From Simkaniaceae bacterium (GTDB lineage Bacteria > Chlamydiota > Chlamydiia > Chlamydiales > Simkaniaceae), in NCBI GenBank assembly GCA_050248615.1, contig JBFWSA010000025.1, forward strand, positions 1 to 31,848: a stretch of 31,848 bases of DNA, given 5' to 3'. Under the pieces are notes generated by a model. The model had not been told where the DNA came from, ran no database searches, and worked only from the letters and a program-made list of their open reading frames with translations. A program made the position numbers and the translations under genes. Below are positions 10,010 through 18,039 of the stretch, piece after piece (the first letter of the stretch is position 1; each line of letters starts with the position of its first letter).

Positions 10010-11721
10010 ATTTGAGACCAATAGTAATAGCCTTATTTTTCACTACTTCAATTTATACTCAAGATTGGGAAAGAGTGGCTCCCAAAGAGCCTACAGAATT
10101 TGAGTCTGGGCATGGAACCCTCTATTCTCCTGAAGGAACAATAAAATCAATAACCGATGGAGACAAGGTAATCATCCCTCAGTTAAAAGGGGTTTTGCTT
10201 ACTAGTGAAAATACAACTGTTACTCAAGAAGAAATTAACCGTGCTATTGGAAGAGTAGATACCCTCAACATTCGACTGCCAGGTCCCTTTAAGAGTTTAA
10301 ATGAAGATATTTCGAATAAGTTTCTCAATAGACCTTTAACAAAGCAAGATGCTTTGGAATTAAAGCAAGAAATTATTTTTTTCTACCAAAGATGGGGTCG
10401 TCCTGTCGTAACCCTTGAAATTCCTCAACAAAAAATCAATGATGGTGTCCTACAATTGATTGTTATAGAAGGAAAATTTGGGCAGGTCAGAGTTGAAGGG
10501 AATCGCTATTTTAAATCTAAAACATTAACTGAATATATTCGCCTGCAAGAAGGAGAAGCCATTGATTCAAACATCTTAATAGAAGATGTGGATTGGATGA
10601 ACCGTAATCCTTTTAGGCAAGTTGATATTATCTATGCTCCAGGTGAGGTAGCTGGAACAACAGACATCCGCCTATTGACTAAGGATCGGCGCCCCTATCG
10701 TTTCTATGCTGGAGTAGATAATACGGGATATGATGAAACAGAAAATACACGCCTATTTGTAGGAGCAAATTGGGGAAATGTTTTTGGACTTGATCAAATC
10801 CTATCTATACAATTTACATGCGCTCCTAATGTGAATCGCTTTTGGGCTGGGACAGGAAGCTATACGATCCCACTTCTTTGGAGGGATGTTTGGGACTTTT
10901 ATGGAGGATACTCTCAAGTCCAAGGAGATATGGATACCCCAGGATTAAAAAATAAAGGATATAGTGCACAAGCAAGCACCCGTTATAACTTTATACTAAA
11001 ACCCCATCCTGGACACTTACATGATCTCATTCTTGGACTAGACTATAAGCGAACCAATAACAATCTAGAATATGGGGGAAATAGTGTTTTTCGCCAAAGC
11101 ATTAACCTCACGCAATTGGTCTTCGGATATAATAGCGCCTTTGATAGTGAGTGGATGAGGTCCTCATTCTCTTTAGAATTCTTCTATTCTCCCGGGACTT
11201 GGCTTCCAGAGCAGTCGAATGCAGACTATCGCCAAGTACGCTACAAAGGAAATGCACACTACCTCTATGGAAGGTTCTCCTTTGAGCCCATTATTAGACT
11301 TCCAAAAGACTTTGCTTTTGCTGTAACTTTACGTGGACAAGCATCCACTCAGAATCTCATTGCAAGCGAGCAATATGGGTTAGGAGGCTATAATACAGTT
11401 CGAGGCTATAAGGAAAGAGAAGTGAATGTAGATGATGCCTTCCTTTTATCTACAGAGTTAAGAAGTCCAGCTATTGGCTTCATTGGGAAAAACGCTTTTA
11501 AAGATCTGCTTCAATTCCTTATTTTTTTAGACTATGGGATTGGTAGAAATGTGCATAAAGAACCTGGGGAACAAGCCAGTCAGTACCTCCTCGGATTTGG
11601 ACCTGGAGTACGTTATGATATCGGTCCTTACCTGAATTTTCGTGGAGATTTAGGAGTTCAACTGCATAAGTTAGATAGTCGAGGATTTCGATTTCACTTC
11701 AGTTTAATTGCAAGTTACTAA
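10006..11721 (+). CDS. TpsB (ShlB/FhaC/HecB family) outer-membrane secretion/activation protein
   Basis: Signal peptide; POTRA-like PQQKINDGVLQLIVIEG; DNTG; GGYNTVRGY; C-terminal aromatic beta-signal FHFSLIASY. Confidence 0.92.
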   Translation: MNLRPIVIALFFTTSIYTQDWERVAPKEPTEFESGHGTLYSPEGTIKSITDGDKVIIPQLKGVLLTSENTTVTQEEINRAIGRVDTLNIRLPGPFKSLNEDISNKFLNRPLTKQDALELKQEIIFFYQRWGRPVVTLEIPQQKINDGVLQLIVIEGKFGQVRVEGNRYFKSKTLTEYIRLQEGEAIDSNILIEDVDWMNRNPFRQVDIIYAPGEVAGTTDIRLLTKDRRPYRFYAGVDNTGYDETENTRLFVGANWGNVFGLDQILSIQFTCAPNVNRFWAGTGSYTIPLLWRDVWDFYGGYSQVQGDMDTPGLKNKGYSAQASTRYNFILKPHPGHLHDLILGLDYKRTNNNLEYGGNSVFRQSINLTQLVFGYNSAFDSEWMRSSFSLEFFYSPGTWLPEQSNADYRQVRYKGNAHYLYGRFSFEPIIRLPKDFAFAVTLRGQASTQNLIASEQYGLGGYNTVRGYKEREVNVDDAFLLSTELRSPAIGFIGKNAFKDLLQFLIFLDYGIGRNVHKEPGEQASQYLLGFGPGVRYDIGPYLNFRGDLGVQLHKLDSRGFRFHFSLIASY

Positions 11722-11846
11722 GCAACACGCATTCAAGATCCGTTTATATGGAAAGAGTTTCGTAGAAAAGGGTTTGCATTTTCTAGCCATTTTTTTCTAC
11801 CTACCTCTCCTAAATCATCCCCATTTTAAACAACTTTAGCTATAAT

Positions 11847-13445
11847 CTAGAGTTTGTGTAAATAAGCTTTATGAAATTGGATATCTCCCATCGGAGAGAT
11901 CGCCACATTTTTTAAACGGGGATTTTTAAGGTAGACTAAATGGTAATGGTAGAGGGGAATAATCGGCATCTCATCGATGAGGATTTTTTCTGCCTGATCG
12001 AGCAAAGAGAGGCGCTTTTCAAACTCTTGATAAAAAGATTCCGCAATGAGGGTAGAAAAACGGGCGTTTTCCCAACCACTATAATTGCGGAACGTATCTT
12101 TGGTATAAAAGCGTTCTAAAAAGTTCATCCGATCATGGTATTGCCCAATCCACGACATCTGCCCCAATTGGTAATTGCGGGTGTACAGATGGGCCAGGTG
12201 CGTTTTCAGCTCAGAGGCTTGCAACTCGACCTCAACACCTAAAACCTCCTTCCATTGACTTTGGAGTGCAAGAGCGAGGTTGCGTTGCAGCTCCGAAGAA
12301 AAATAACTGTAGGTGACCTTGGGGAATTCTTCCCGAGTCATGCCGAGTTCTTGCAGCCCCCGTTCAAAGTGCTTTTGTGCCAGTTCAGGGGAATTATCGG
12401 GGAAAAGAGGGGCTAAATTTTGCCCTTTTAAGACGTGAGGAACCGGTCCTGTAGCGACATCATCAAACATCTGAGAAACATTTTCCACCAAAGTTTCCCG
12501 GTTGACCGCATAGGCAAAGGCTTTCCGGATGTTAACATTGTTAAAAGGGTAGGCTTCCAGGTTAAATGTCGTCAGCGTCGTTCCTGCAATGGGGCGTTGG
12601 CGAATTTCTAAACTCTTTTTCATTACCGATACAGCATCCAGAGGCAAGGGAGAAATGAGCCCTCCAATCCAGTCTAACTTTCCCTGTTCATAGAGCTTTA
12701 AAGCGGTCGCTTCTTCAGAAATAATGGTTGCTCGAATCTCTTCGATCTGCACCTTATCGCCATTCCAATAAAAGGGGTTTTTTTCAGCCACCACTTCATC
12801 ATCATTGACCCAAGACTTGAGGCGGAAAGGGCCGCTAAAAACAAAATCTTGCCTTCCATTCGGATGAGGAACCTCTTTCCCTCCATTCGGAACAGGGAAA
12901 AAGGTACAAAATGCCGTGAGTTCTAAAAAATAAGGGATCGGTTTTTCTAGCTCCACTAAGAGTTTTGTTTCACTAAGCGCTTTGACACCCACCTCATCGA
13001 ATGAACATTCTCCCTTTCTAGCCCTTTCCCCATTTTTTAGGGGATAGAGGAGATGAGCAGTCTTGGAAGGGAAGTTGGGGTCTAAAAGGGCTTTCCACGA
13101 ATCCTCAAAATCGTAAGCAGTGATCGGGGTTCCATCTGACCAGTAAGCTTCGCGTAAATAAAATAAATAGGTGGTGCGATCTTCCAAGATTTTCACCCGT
13201 TCAGCAAGGGCCATAGAAACCCTTCCATCAGGTTCTAAGCGGGTCAATCCCTCATAAAGCATGAAGCTGAGCACTGTTGTCACGGGATCGGTGCATTTAC
13301 GGGGATCTAGTGCAAAGGGGCTATAGATAAAATTAATCCGAACCGTTTGTTTTTCTGGTTCTAGAGAGGTTCCTTCCTTCTTCTGACACGAGAAGGTGGC
13401 GCAAAGAAAAGTGAAAAATAGAATCGGTAATAAAAAAAGCCTCAT
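11847..13445 (-). CDS. oppA: Oligopeptide ABC transporter substrate-binding lipoprotein (SBP family 5), second paralogue
   Basis: Signal ending TFS-C; LDPRK, LYEGL, WSDG, SGPF, KNPFYW, IRKAFAYAVNRE, DEMPIIPLY. Confidence 0.92.
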   Translation of the reverse strand: MRLFLLPILFFTFLCATFSCQKKEGTSLEPEKQTVRINFIYSPFALDPRKCTDPVTTVLSFMLYEGLTRLEPDGRVSMALAERVKILEDRTTYLFYLREAYWSDGTPITAYDFEDSWKALLDPNFPSKTAHLLYPLKNGERARKGECSFDEVGVKALSETKLLVELEKPIPYFLELTAFCTFFPVPNGGKEVPHPNGRQDFVFSGPFRLKSWVNDDEVVAEKNPFYWNGDKVQIEEIRATIISEEATALKLYEQGKLDWIGGLISPLPLDAVSVMKKSLEIRQRPIAGTTLTTFNLEAYPFNNVNIRKAFAYAVNRETLVENVSQMFDDVATGPVPHVLKGQNLAPLFPDNSPELAQKHFERGLQELGMTREEFPKVTYSYFSSELQRNLALALQSQWKEVLGVEVELQASELKTHLAHLYTRNYQLGQMSWIGQYHDRMNFLERFYTKDTFRNYSGWENARFSTLIAESFYQEFEKRLSLLDQAEKILIDEMPIIPLYHYHLVYLKNPRLKNVAISPMGDIQFHKAYLHKL

Positions 13446-13469
13446 GACTTAAAGATCATAAGGCTTTTT
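13432..13469 (-). terminator. Intrinsic terminator-like hairpin after 13501..14919, overlapping the oppA start codon
   Basis: Minus strand AAAAAGCCTTATGA-tctttaag-TCATGAGGCTTTTTTT; homologous to the hairpin at 15500. Confidence 0.65.
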
Positions 13470-13500
13470 CCATTACTTCTAAAGAAGAAACCGCACCGCT

Positions 13501-14919
13501 TTAGTAGCGATGACGTGGTTGCTCATTTTCCATCAGAAAAGCGGCAGCAGCAAACACTCCGACAGCACCCACCATCCCTGCAACCGTTAGACCTGCTGCC
13601 TTGAGGTAACCCACATGGTAGCTTGTCAAATACTGCGAGAGGGTAGGAGCGAGGGCAACCGTTGCAATAAAGGCAGCGGCTACGCGTGTTCCCACGTGGA
13701 ACATTTTTTCACTATCTTTCGTTCTTTTATTCTCCATTTTTGCAAAATCTAGAGTTAAAACGGAAATGAGCGTGGAAACGCCACCCACAGCACCGACAGA
13801 AAGAGATCCTTTCAGGATCGGAGCTTTTTCCCCTAGATAAGAGCAAATCGTTCCAAAACTTAAAAAGATGGCCGCGACAACGCCAGTGACCAGACCCACA
13901 CTTATAGAATATTTTCCTAGACGTTTGTAGTCTTCAAAAGTATAGCGGCGTCCTTGACCTGCCTCTGGGCGAGGAGGAGGAAGATCTCCTGCAATCGCTT
14001 GTTTATCACGGACATGGGGGTTGTTAAACAGAAGTTTCTCCCTTTCTGCTTGGGTTGCAAACGACAAAATTTGGTAAGATAAGCTTTCACTCTGCGCAAA
14101 GAGTTGCTGTCCTTGCTCCATTTGCATGAGGACTTTGAGCTGCTTGGTAGGATCTTCCATCCATTGCAGAGCCTGCTTAGCTGGCTCCATTGCTCTAGCA
14201 ACCATAAGCGCATTCAGAAGCTGCGTTTGATGGGTGGTATGAGAAAACTCACGCCAAAACAAACCTTGGTTAAACTGTAGAGGATGTTCTTGTTGCGCAT
14301 CTTGAACAAGCTCGTCAATCCGTCTTATGTCTAAGGCAGCTACAGGACGCTCTTCTAGCACTCTGGGCCTTTCTTGCCCGCGCCTAGCGTGGCGTTCCAT
14401 TGCTTTCTCTGCGCCATGATCCATGTATGAAAAACCTGCGGCAGCAAGGGCTCCTAAAACTCCGTACAGCGCTGCACCGAGATAAGTCACGCGGTGAGGG
14501 CAAAGAGATTTAGAAACGATCGGAGTAAAGGCTGCAGTGCTCAGAAAAACGCATAAAGCAACGCTTCCCATTCTCTGATATTTCTCTTTTACTCTTTCTC
14601 CTAAAACCAGCGGCATTTTATGACTAAGAGGAATCGCAACCGCAGTTGTCATCCCCGCAATCGCCCCTGCGGGAAAGGTTCCCCAAACGGCAGGTGTTGT
14701 TGTAAATAGGTGATAGACTACCTTTGTTGCCAAAAGTCCCAAGGAGCCAATAGCTAAAGCCCCTGCTCCCATCCAGAGTCCTCCATAGCCATCGGATAAT
14801 CGATTGGTGATAAATTCTCCAATGGCTTCTCCCCATCCTCTTCGAGGTCTTACTTCCAAAACTTCATGTGCTCCAAAATGAGGAGCAGCTCTTTCATGAT
14901 CAAATTCTACTCTTTGCAT
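13501..14919 (-). CDS. Hypothetical membrane protein with two hydrophobic modules (Inc-like); long paralogue
   Basis: 472 aa; hydrophilic N-terminus; paralogue of 15567..16646 with a longer central linker. Confidence 0.75.
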   Translation of the reverse strand: MQRVEFDHERAAPHFGAHEVLEVRPRRGWGEAIGEFITNRLSDGYGGLWMGAGALAIGSLGLLATKVVYHLFTTTPAVWGTFPAGAIAGMTTAVAIPLSHKMPLVLGERVKEKYQRMGSVALCVFLSTAAFTPIVSKSLCPHRVTYLGAALYGVLGALAAAGFSYMDHGAEKAMERHARRGQERPRVLEERPVAALDIRRIDELVQDAQQEHPLQFNQGLFWREFSHTTHQTQLLNALMVARAMEPAKQALQWMEDPTKQLKVLMQMEQGQQLFAQSESLSYQILSFATQAEREKLLFNNPHVRDKQAIAGDLPPPRPEAGQGRRYTFEDYKRLGKYSISVGLVTGVVAAIFLSFGTICSYLGEKAPILKGSLSVGAVGGVSTLISVLTLDFAKMENKRTKDSEKMFHVGTRVAAAFIATVALAPTLSQYLTSYHVGYLKAAGLTVAGMVGAVGVFAAAAFLMENEQPRHRY

Positions 14920-14934
14920 ATTTTCCTCCTTCTA

Positions 14935-15357
14935 TTAATACTCATCATAATCTTGTCCATTGGGGGACAAGAACACAAAGGTTCCCACACCTGCGAGGCC
15001 ATAAAGAGAAGACTCAATATAGTTCACAGAATAAGTGGATAACATTTTTGATACTGTAGGTGTTGCAAGCGTTGTTGTAAGAAATACAGTAAGCGCTCCA
15101 GCAGCAGCTGCTGCAAAGGGGCTCTCTGTTTTTCTTCCGATCACTTTTGCTAACGGCAGGGCCACCAAACACGACGTTCCCGTCATGAGGGAAGCGTTTA
15201 GGGTCCCTTTAATAGAAGGCATATAACTGTCAATAAATGCATTGATTTTACTGCCCGTAAAGTAGAGGATTGCACATGCACCAGCGCCCACAACGGCTCC
15301 AGCTGCATACAGTGCACCCCCAGCGGCAGATATTCCGACTTTTTGTAAGTCTACCAT
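14935..15357 (-). CDS. Small hypothetical membrane protein (single module)
   Basis: 140 aa, hydrophobic; close paralogue of 16659..17057. Confidence 0.75.
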   Translation of the reverse strand: MVDLQKVGISAAGGALYAAGAVVGAGACAILYFTGSKINAFIDSYMPSIKGTLNASLMTGTSCLVALPLAKVIGRKTESPFAAAAAGALTVFLTTTLATPTVSKMLSTYSVNYIESSLYGLAGVGTFVFLSPNGQDYDEY

Positions 15358-15402
15358 AGTGCCCGTCTCCCAAATCTTAGATTTTGTTAAAAATTGGGCA
15401 CC

Positions 15403-15431
15403 ATCATATACAAGTCCAGGTTTAATTTCAA
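15403..15431 (-). promoter_or_regulatory. Putative sigma66/sigma70-type promoter
   Basis: Minus strand TTGAAA-N17-TATGAT, about 45 nt upstream of ATG 15357, with an AT-rich tract upstream. Confidence 0.6.
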
Positions 15432-15499
15432 AAAAAATAAAAGATTCTCAATTTTTTGAGGGTAAATTGCTTACGTAAAATGTAAAAAATTCTTTTAAG

Positions 15500-15536
15500 A
15501 AAAAAGCCTTACGAAGACACCTTCGCAAGGCTTTTT
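15500..15536 (-). terminator. Intrinsic terminator after 15567..16646
   Basis: Minus strand AAAAAGCCTTGCGAAG-gtgt-CTTCGTAAGGCTTTTTT, one G-U pair. Confidence 0.8.
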
Positions 15537-15566
15537 CGATAACTTCTAATGACGGAACTACCTAAA

Positions 15567-16646
15567 TTAGCGGCGTCTTCTCTGGGATGGTTTTTCGTCA
15601 TTCATCGCATCTAACAGGATAAGCCCACCGCCGCCTACTGCAGCAGCACCCCCCACTCCTGCAACAGTCAGACCCGCTGCTTGGAGGTAACCCACATGGT
15701 AGCTTGTCAAATACCGAGAGAGGGTAGGCGCTAAGGCAACCGTTGCAACAAAGGCAGCAGCCACTCGTGTTCCTATATGGAACATTTTTTCATTTTCTTT
15801 CGTTCTTTGACTCTGTAGTTTTTCAAAATCTAGAGTTAAAACGGCAACGCATGTGGAAATACCACCCACAGCACCGACAGAAAGAGATCCCTTAAGGATG
15901 GGAGCTTTTTCCCCTAGATAGGCACAAATCATTCCCAAACTTAAGAAGATTCCCGCTACAACGCCAGTGACCAGACCCACACATATAGAATATTTTCCTA
16001 GACGTTTGTAGTCTTCAAAAGTATAGCGGCGTCCTTGAATTGCCTCTGGGAGCTCTTGATGCTGTCCGAGCTGACGCTCAGCTTTTTTCGCACGTTTTTC
16101 CTCTTTCTGGTGATCTTTGAGAGAGCAAACAGCGGCAGTGAAGGCCCCTAAAATTCCATATGTTGCAGCACCAAGATAACTGACGCGCTGAGGGCAAACA
16201 AACTTAGAAACTGTAGGAATAAAGGCTACGCTACTCAGAAAAACGGATAAAGCTACGCTTAGCGCTTTCTGATTCTCTTCTTTAACGTTTTCTCCCAAAA
16301 CCCTAGGCATTTTATGACTGAGGGGAATGGCAACCCCAGTTGTGATCCCCGTAATCACTCCTGCGGGAATGGTTCCCCAAATGGAAGGAGTCGATACAAA
16401 GAGGGCATAAACGGTTTTGGTCACAAGCAGACCCAGTGAGCCAACAGCTAAACCGCTCATTCCCATCAAAAGACCGCCAGCCCCATCGATAAAGCGTTGG
16501 CTAATAAATTCATAGGCGGTCTCTCCCCATCCTCTTTGAGGTCCTTCTTCAAAAAATTCGTCTTCTTCTAGAAACTGCCTTCTTGCATACTGAAATGCCC
16601 CATGCTGAGGCACTTCATCATATTGTCGTTCTAAGCTAGATGCCAT
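15567..16646 (-). CDS. Hypothetical membrane protein with two hydrophobic modules (Inc-like); short paralogue
   Basis: 359 aa; GAGGAAAAT precedes the ATG on the minus strand, as in its paralogue. Confidence 0.75.
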   Translation of the reverse strand: MASSLERQYDEVPQHGAFQYARRQFLEEDEFFEEGPQRGWGETAYEFISQRFIDGAGGLLMGMSGLAVGSLGLLVTKTVYALFVSTPSIWGTIPAGVITGITTGVAIPLSHKMPRVLGENVKEENQKALSVALSVFLSSVAFIPTVSKFVCPQRVSYLGAATYGILGAFTAAVCSLKDHQKEEKRAKKAERQLGQHQELPEAIQGRRYTFEDYKRLGKYSICVGLVTGVVAGIFLSLGMICAYLGEKAPILKGSLSVGAVGGISTCVAVLTLDFEKLQSQRTKENEKMFHIGTRVAAAFVATVALAPTLSRYLTSYHVGYLQAAGLTVAGVGGAAAVGGGGLILLDAMNDEKPSQRRRR

Positions 16647-16658
16647 ATTTTCCTCCTT

Positions 16659-17057
16659 TTAGGTTGCCATGATTAAGAATGTTCCCGCACCTGCGAGGCC
16701 ATAAAGAGTAGACTCGATATAGCTCACTGGGTATGTGGATAACATTTTCGATACGGTGGGTGTTGCAAGTGTTGTAATGAGAAAGAGAGAGAGCGCTCCA
16801 ACAGCTTTTGCTGCTAGTTGGCTTTCTGTTCGTTTGTTAATTACCCTTACTAACGGCACGGCCACAAAACACGATGTTCCCATAACGAGGGAAGCGTTTA
16901 GTGTCCCTTTAAAAGAAGGCATGTAACTATCTATAAAGGCATTGATTTTACTGGCTGTAAAATAAAGGATTGCACACGCACCAGCTCCTACAATGGCTCC
17001 AGCTGCGTAAAGTGCGCCTCCAGCGGCAGATATTCCGACTTTTTGTAAGTCTACCAT
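16659..17057 (-). CDS. Small hypothetical membrane protein (single module)
   Basis: Start set at ATG 17057 (MVDLQKVG) to match its paralogue's N-terminus; GGGAGA RBS-like sequence upstream. Confidence 0.75.
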   Translation of the reverse strand: MVDLQKVGISAAGGALYAAGAIVGAGACAILYFTASKINAFIDSYMPSFKGTLNASLVMGTSCFVAVPLVRVINKRTESQLAAKAVGALSLFLITTLATPTVSKMLSTYPVSYIESTLYGLAGAGTFLIMAT

Positions 17058-17096
17058 AATCGATCTCCCAATCTTTTTTTTTGATAACTGGATAGC

Positions 17097-17125
17097 AGTA
17101 TAGGGAAAGGGAAAATTATACTCAA
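17097..17125 (-). promoter_or_regulatory. Putative sigma66-type promoter whose -35 lies in a half-copy of the 35-bp palindrome
   Basis: Minus strand TTGAGT-N17-TATACT; tatactcaaacaa at 17117-17129. Confidence 0.55.
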
Positions 17126-17151
17126 ACAAAAATGGAGAGAGAGAAAAAAAT

Positions 17152-18039
17152 TTAAGGGTGCTCAATCATTTCTTGAATCTTTGTCTCTGCGTAGGGAGAG
17201 AGCTCAGGGTAGTGTTGATCTAGCCAAGGGATAATTTTTTTTTGAATTCGGAAAATCTCATGGGAGTAGTAGTAGGGGAGTTCCTTTTTAGGGTCGTGGT
17301 GAAACCCTCCCACATCGATTTCTACGACGTGATCTTTGATAAATCCAAAGTTGCGGATGAGATGGGGATCTTTATCGCTATATCCTTTTTGCGCCCGGTA
17401 GAGTGTGAAATGGAGGAGATCATCAATCGCTTGCTGAGCTTTTTTCAAATCTCCTGTTTTTTTTAGGGATAAGAGGTATTGATCAGTGGGAATGGCTCTT
17501 TTTTGCATGAGAAAGGGAATGGTATCAAGAGGGATTTTATGGGTGAGGCCCAAGCGATCTTTTACGATGAGGGTACGTTTCAGATGAGAGGTAGGATTTA
17601 GATGGACATAGAAAAGACCGGTTTCATTTCTAAAGTGGAGATAAGAGAGGATGCAACTCGCAAACGTTGCCTGAACGGTCTCTTCTTTTTTTTGTTTCCA
17701 GCGCTTCCGCTTAGCCTCTAAAGAAGGGGGGAGGGGAAGGGCCTCATAAAAGGGATGCATCCGCCACCGTTTATGTTTGAAAAACTTTAGGATATAATTT
17801 CCATCTGCGCTTATGAAAACGTAACTTTGACTCCCACTTGCCAAATAGTGATAACGCTCAGAAAGGGCAGTCGTGAGTTCTTCTAAATCGTCTGCAGCAA
17901 TCGGTACATCCCAAGCAGGGTTATAAGGGAGTTTGGAGGTGATATTAGGGAGGCCAAAACCATCGGTCAGGGAGTGGGAGAGGCGCTCTATTCCAAGGAG
18001 AGCACCTAAAATAAGGAGAAGATAGAGGAGCTTTTTCAT
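17152..18039 (-). CDS. N-terminally anchored protein with protein-kinase-like motifs (paralogue 3)
   Basis: 295 aa; hydrophobic N-terminus; LASGSQSYVF, ILKFFK, DKDPHLIRNFG, IDVG. Confidence 0.7.
   Translation of the reverse strand: MKKLLYLLLILGALLGIERLSHSLTDGFGLPNITSKLPYNPAWDVPIAADDLEELTTALSERYHYLASGSQSYVFISADGNYILKFFKHKRWRMHPFYEALPLPPSLEAKRKRWKQKKEETVQATFASCILSYLHFRNETGLFYVHLNPTSHLKRTLIVKDRLGLTHKIPLDTIPFLMQKRAIPTDQYLLSLKKTGDLKKAQQAIDDLLHFTLYRAQKGYSDKDPHLIRNFGFIKDHVVEIDVGGFHHDPKKELPYYYSHEIFRIQKKIIPWLDQHYPELSPYAETKIQEMIEHP

Noticed and set aside
6518..11721. Contact-dependent inhibition (CdiAB/I) system
   Set aside because: TpsA is short, has no VENN or recognisable toxin domain, and no immunity ORF follows.
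15035..16926. Two similar 63-aa + strand ORFs suggesting a conserved antisense gene
   Set aside because: Their similarity is explained by the duplication of the minus-strand genes.
17058..17165. N-terminal extension of ORF 16659..17165
   Set aside because: The paralogue starts at MVDLQKV, and the extension spans the promoter and overlaps the upstream gene.
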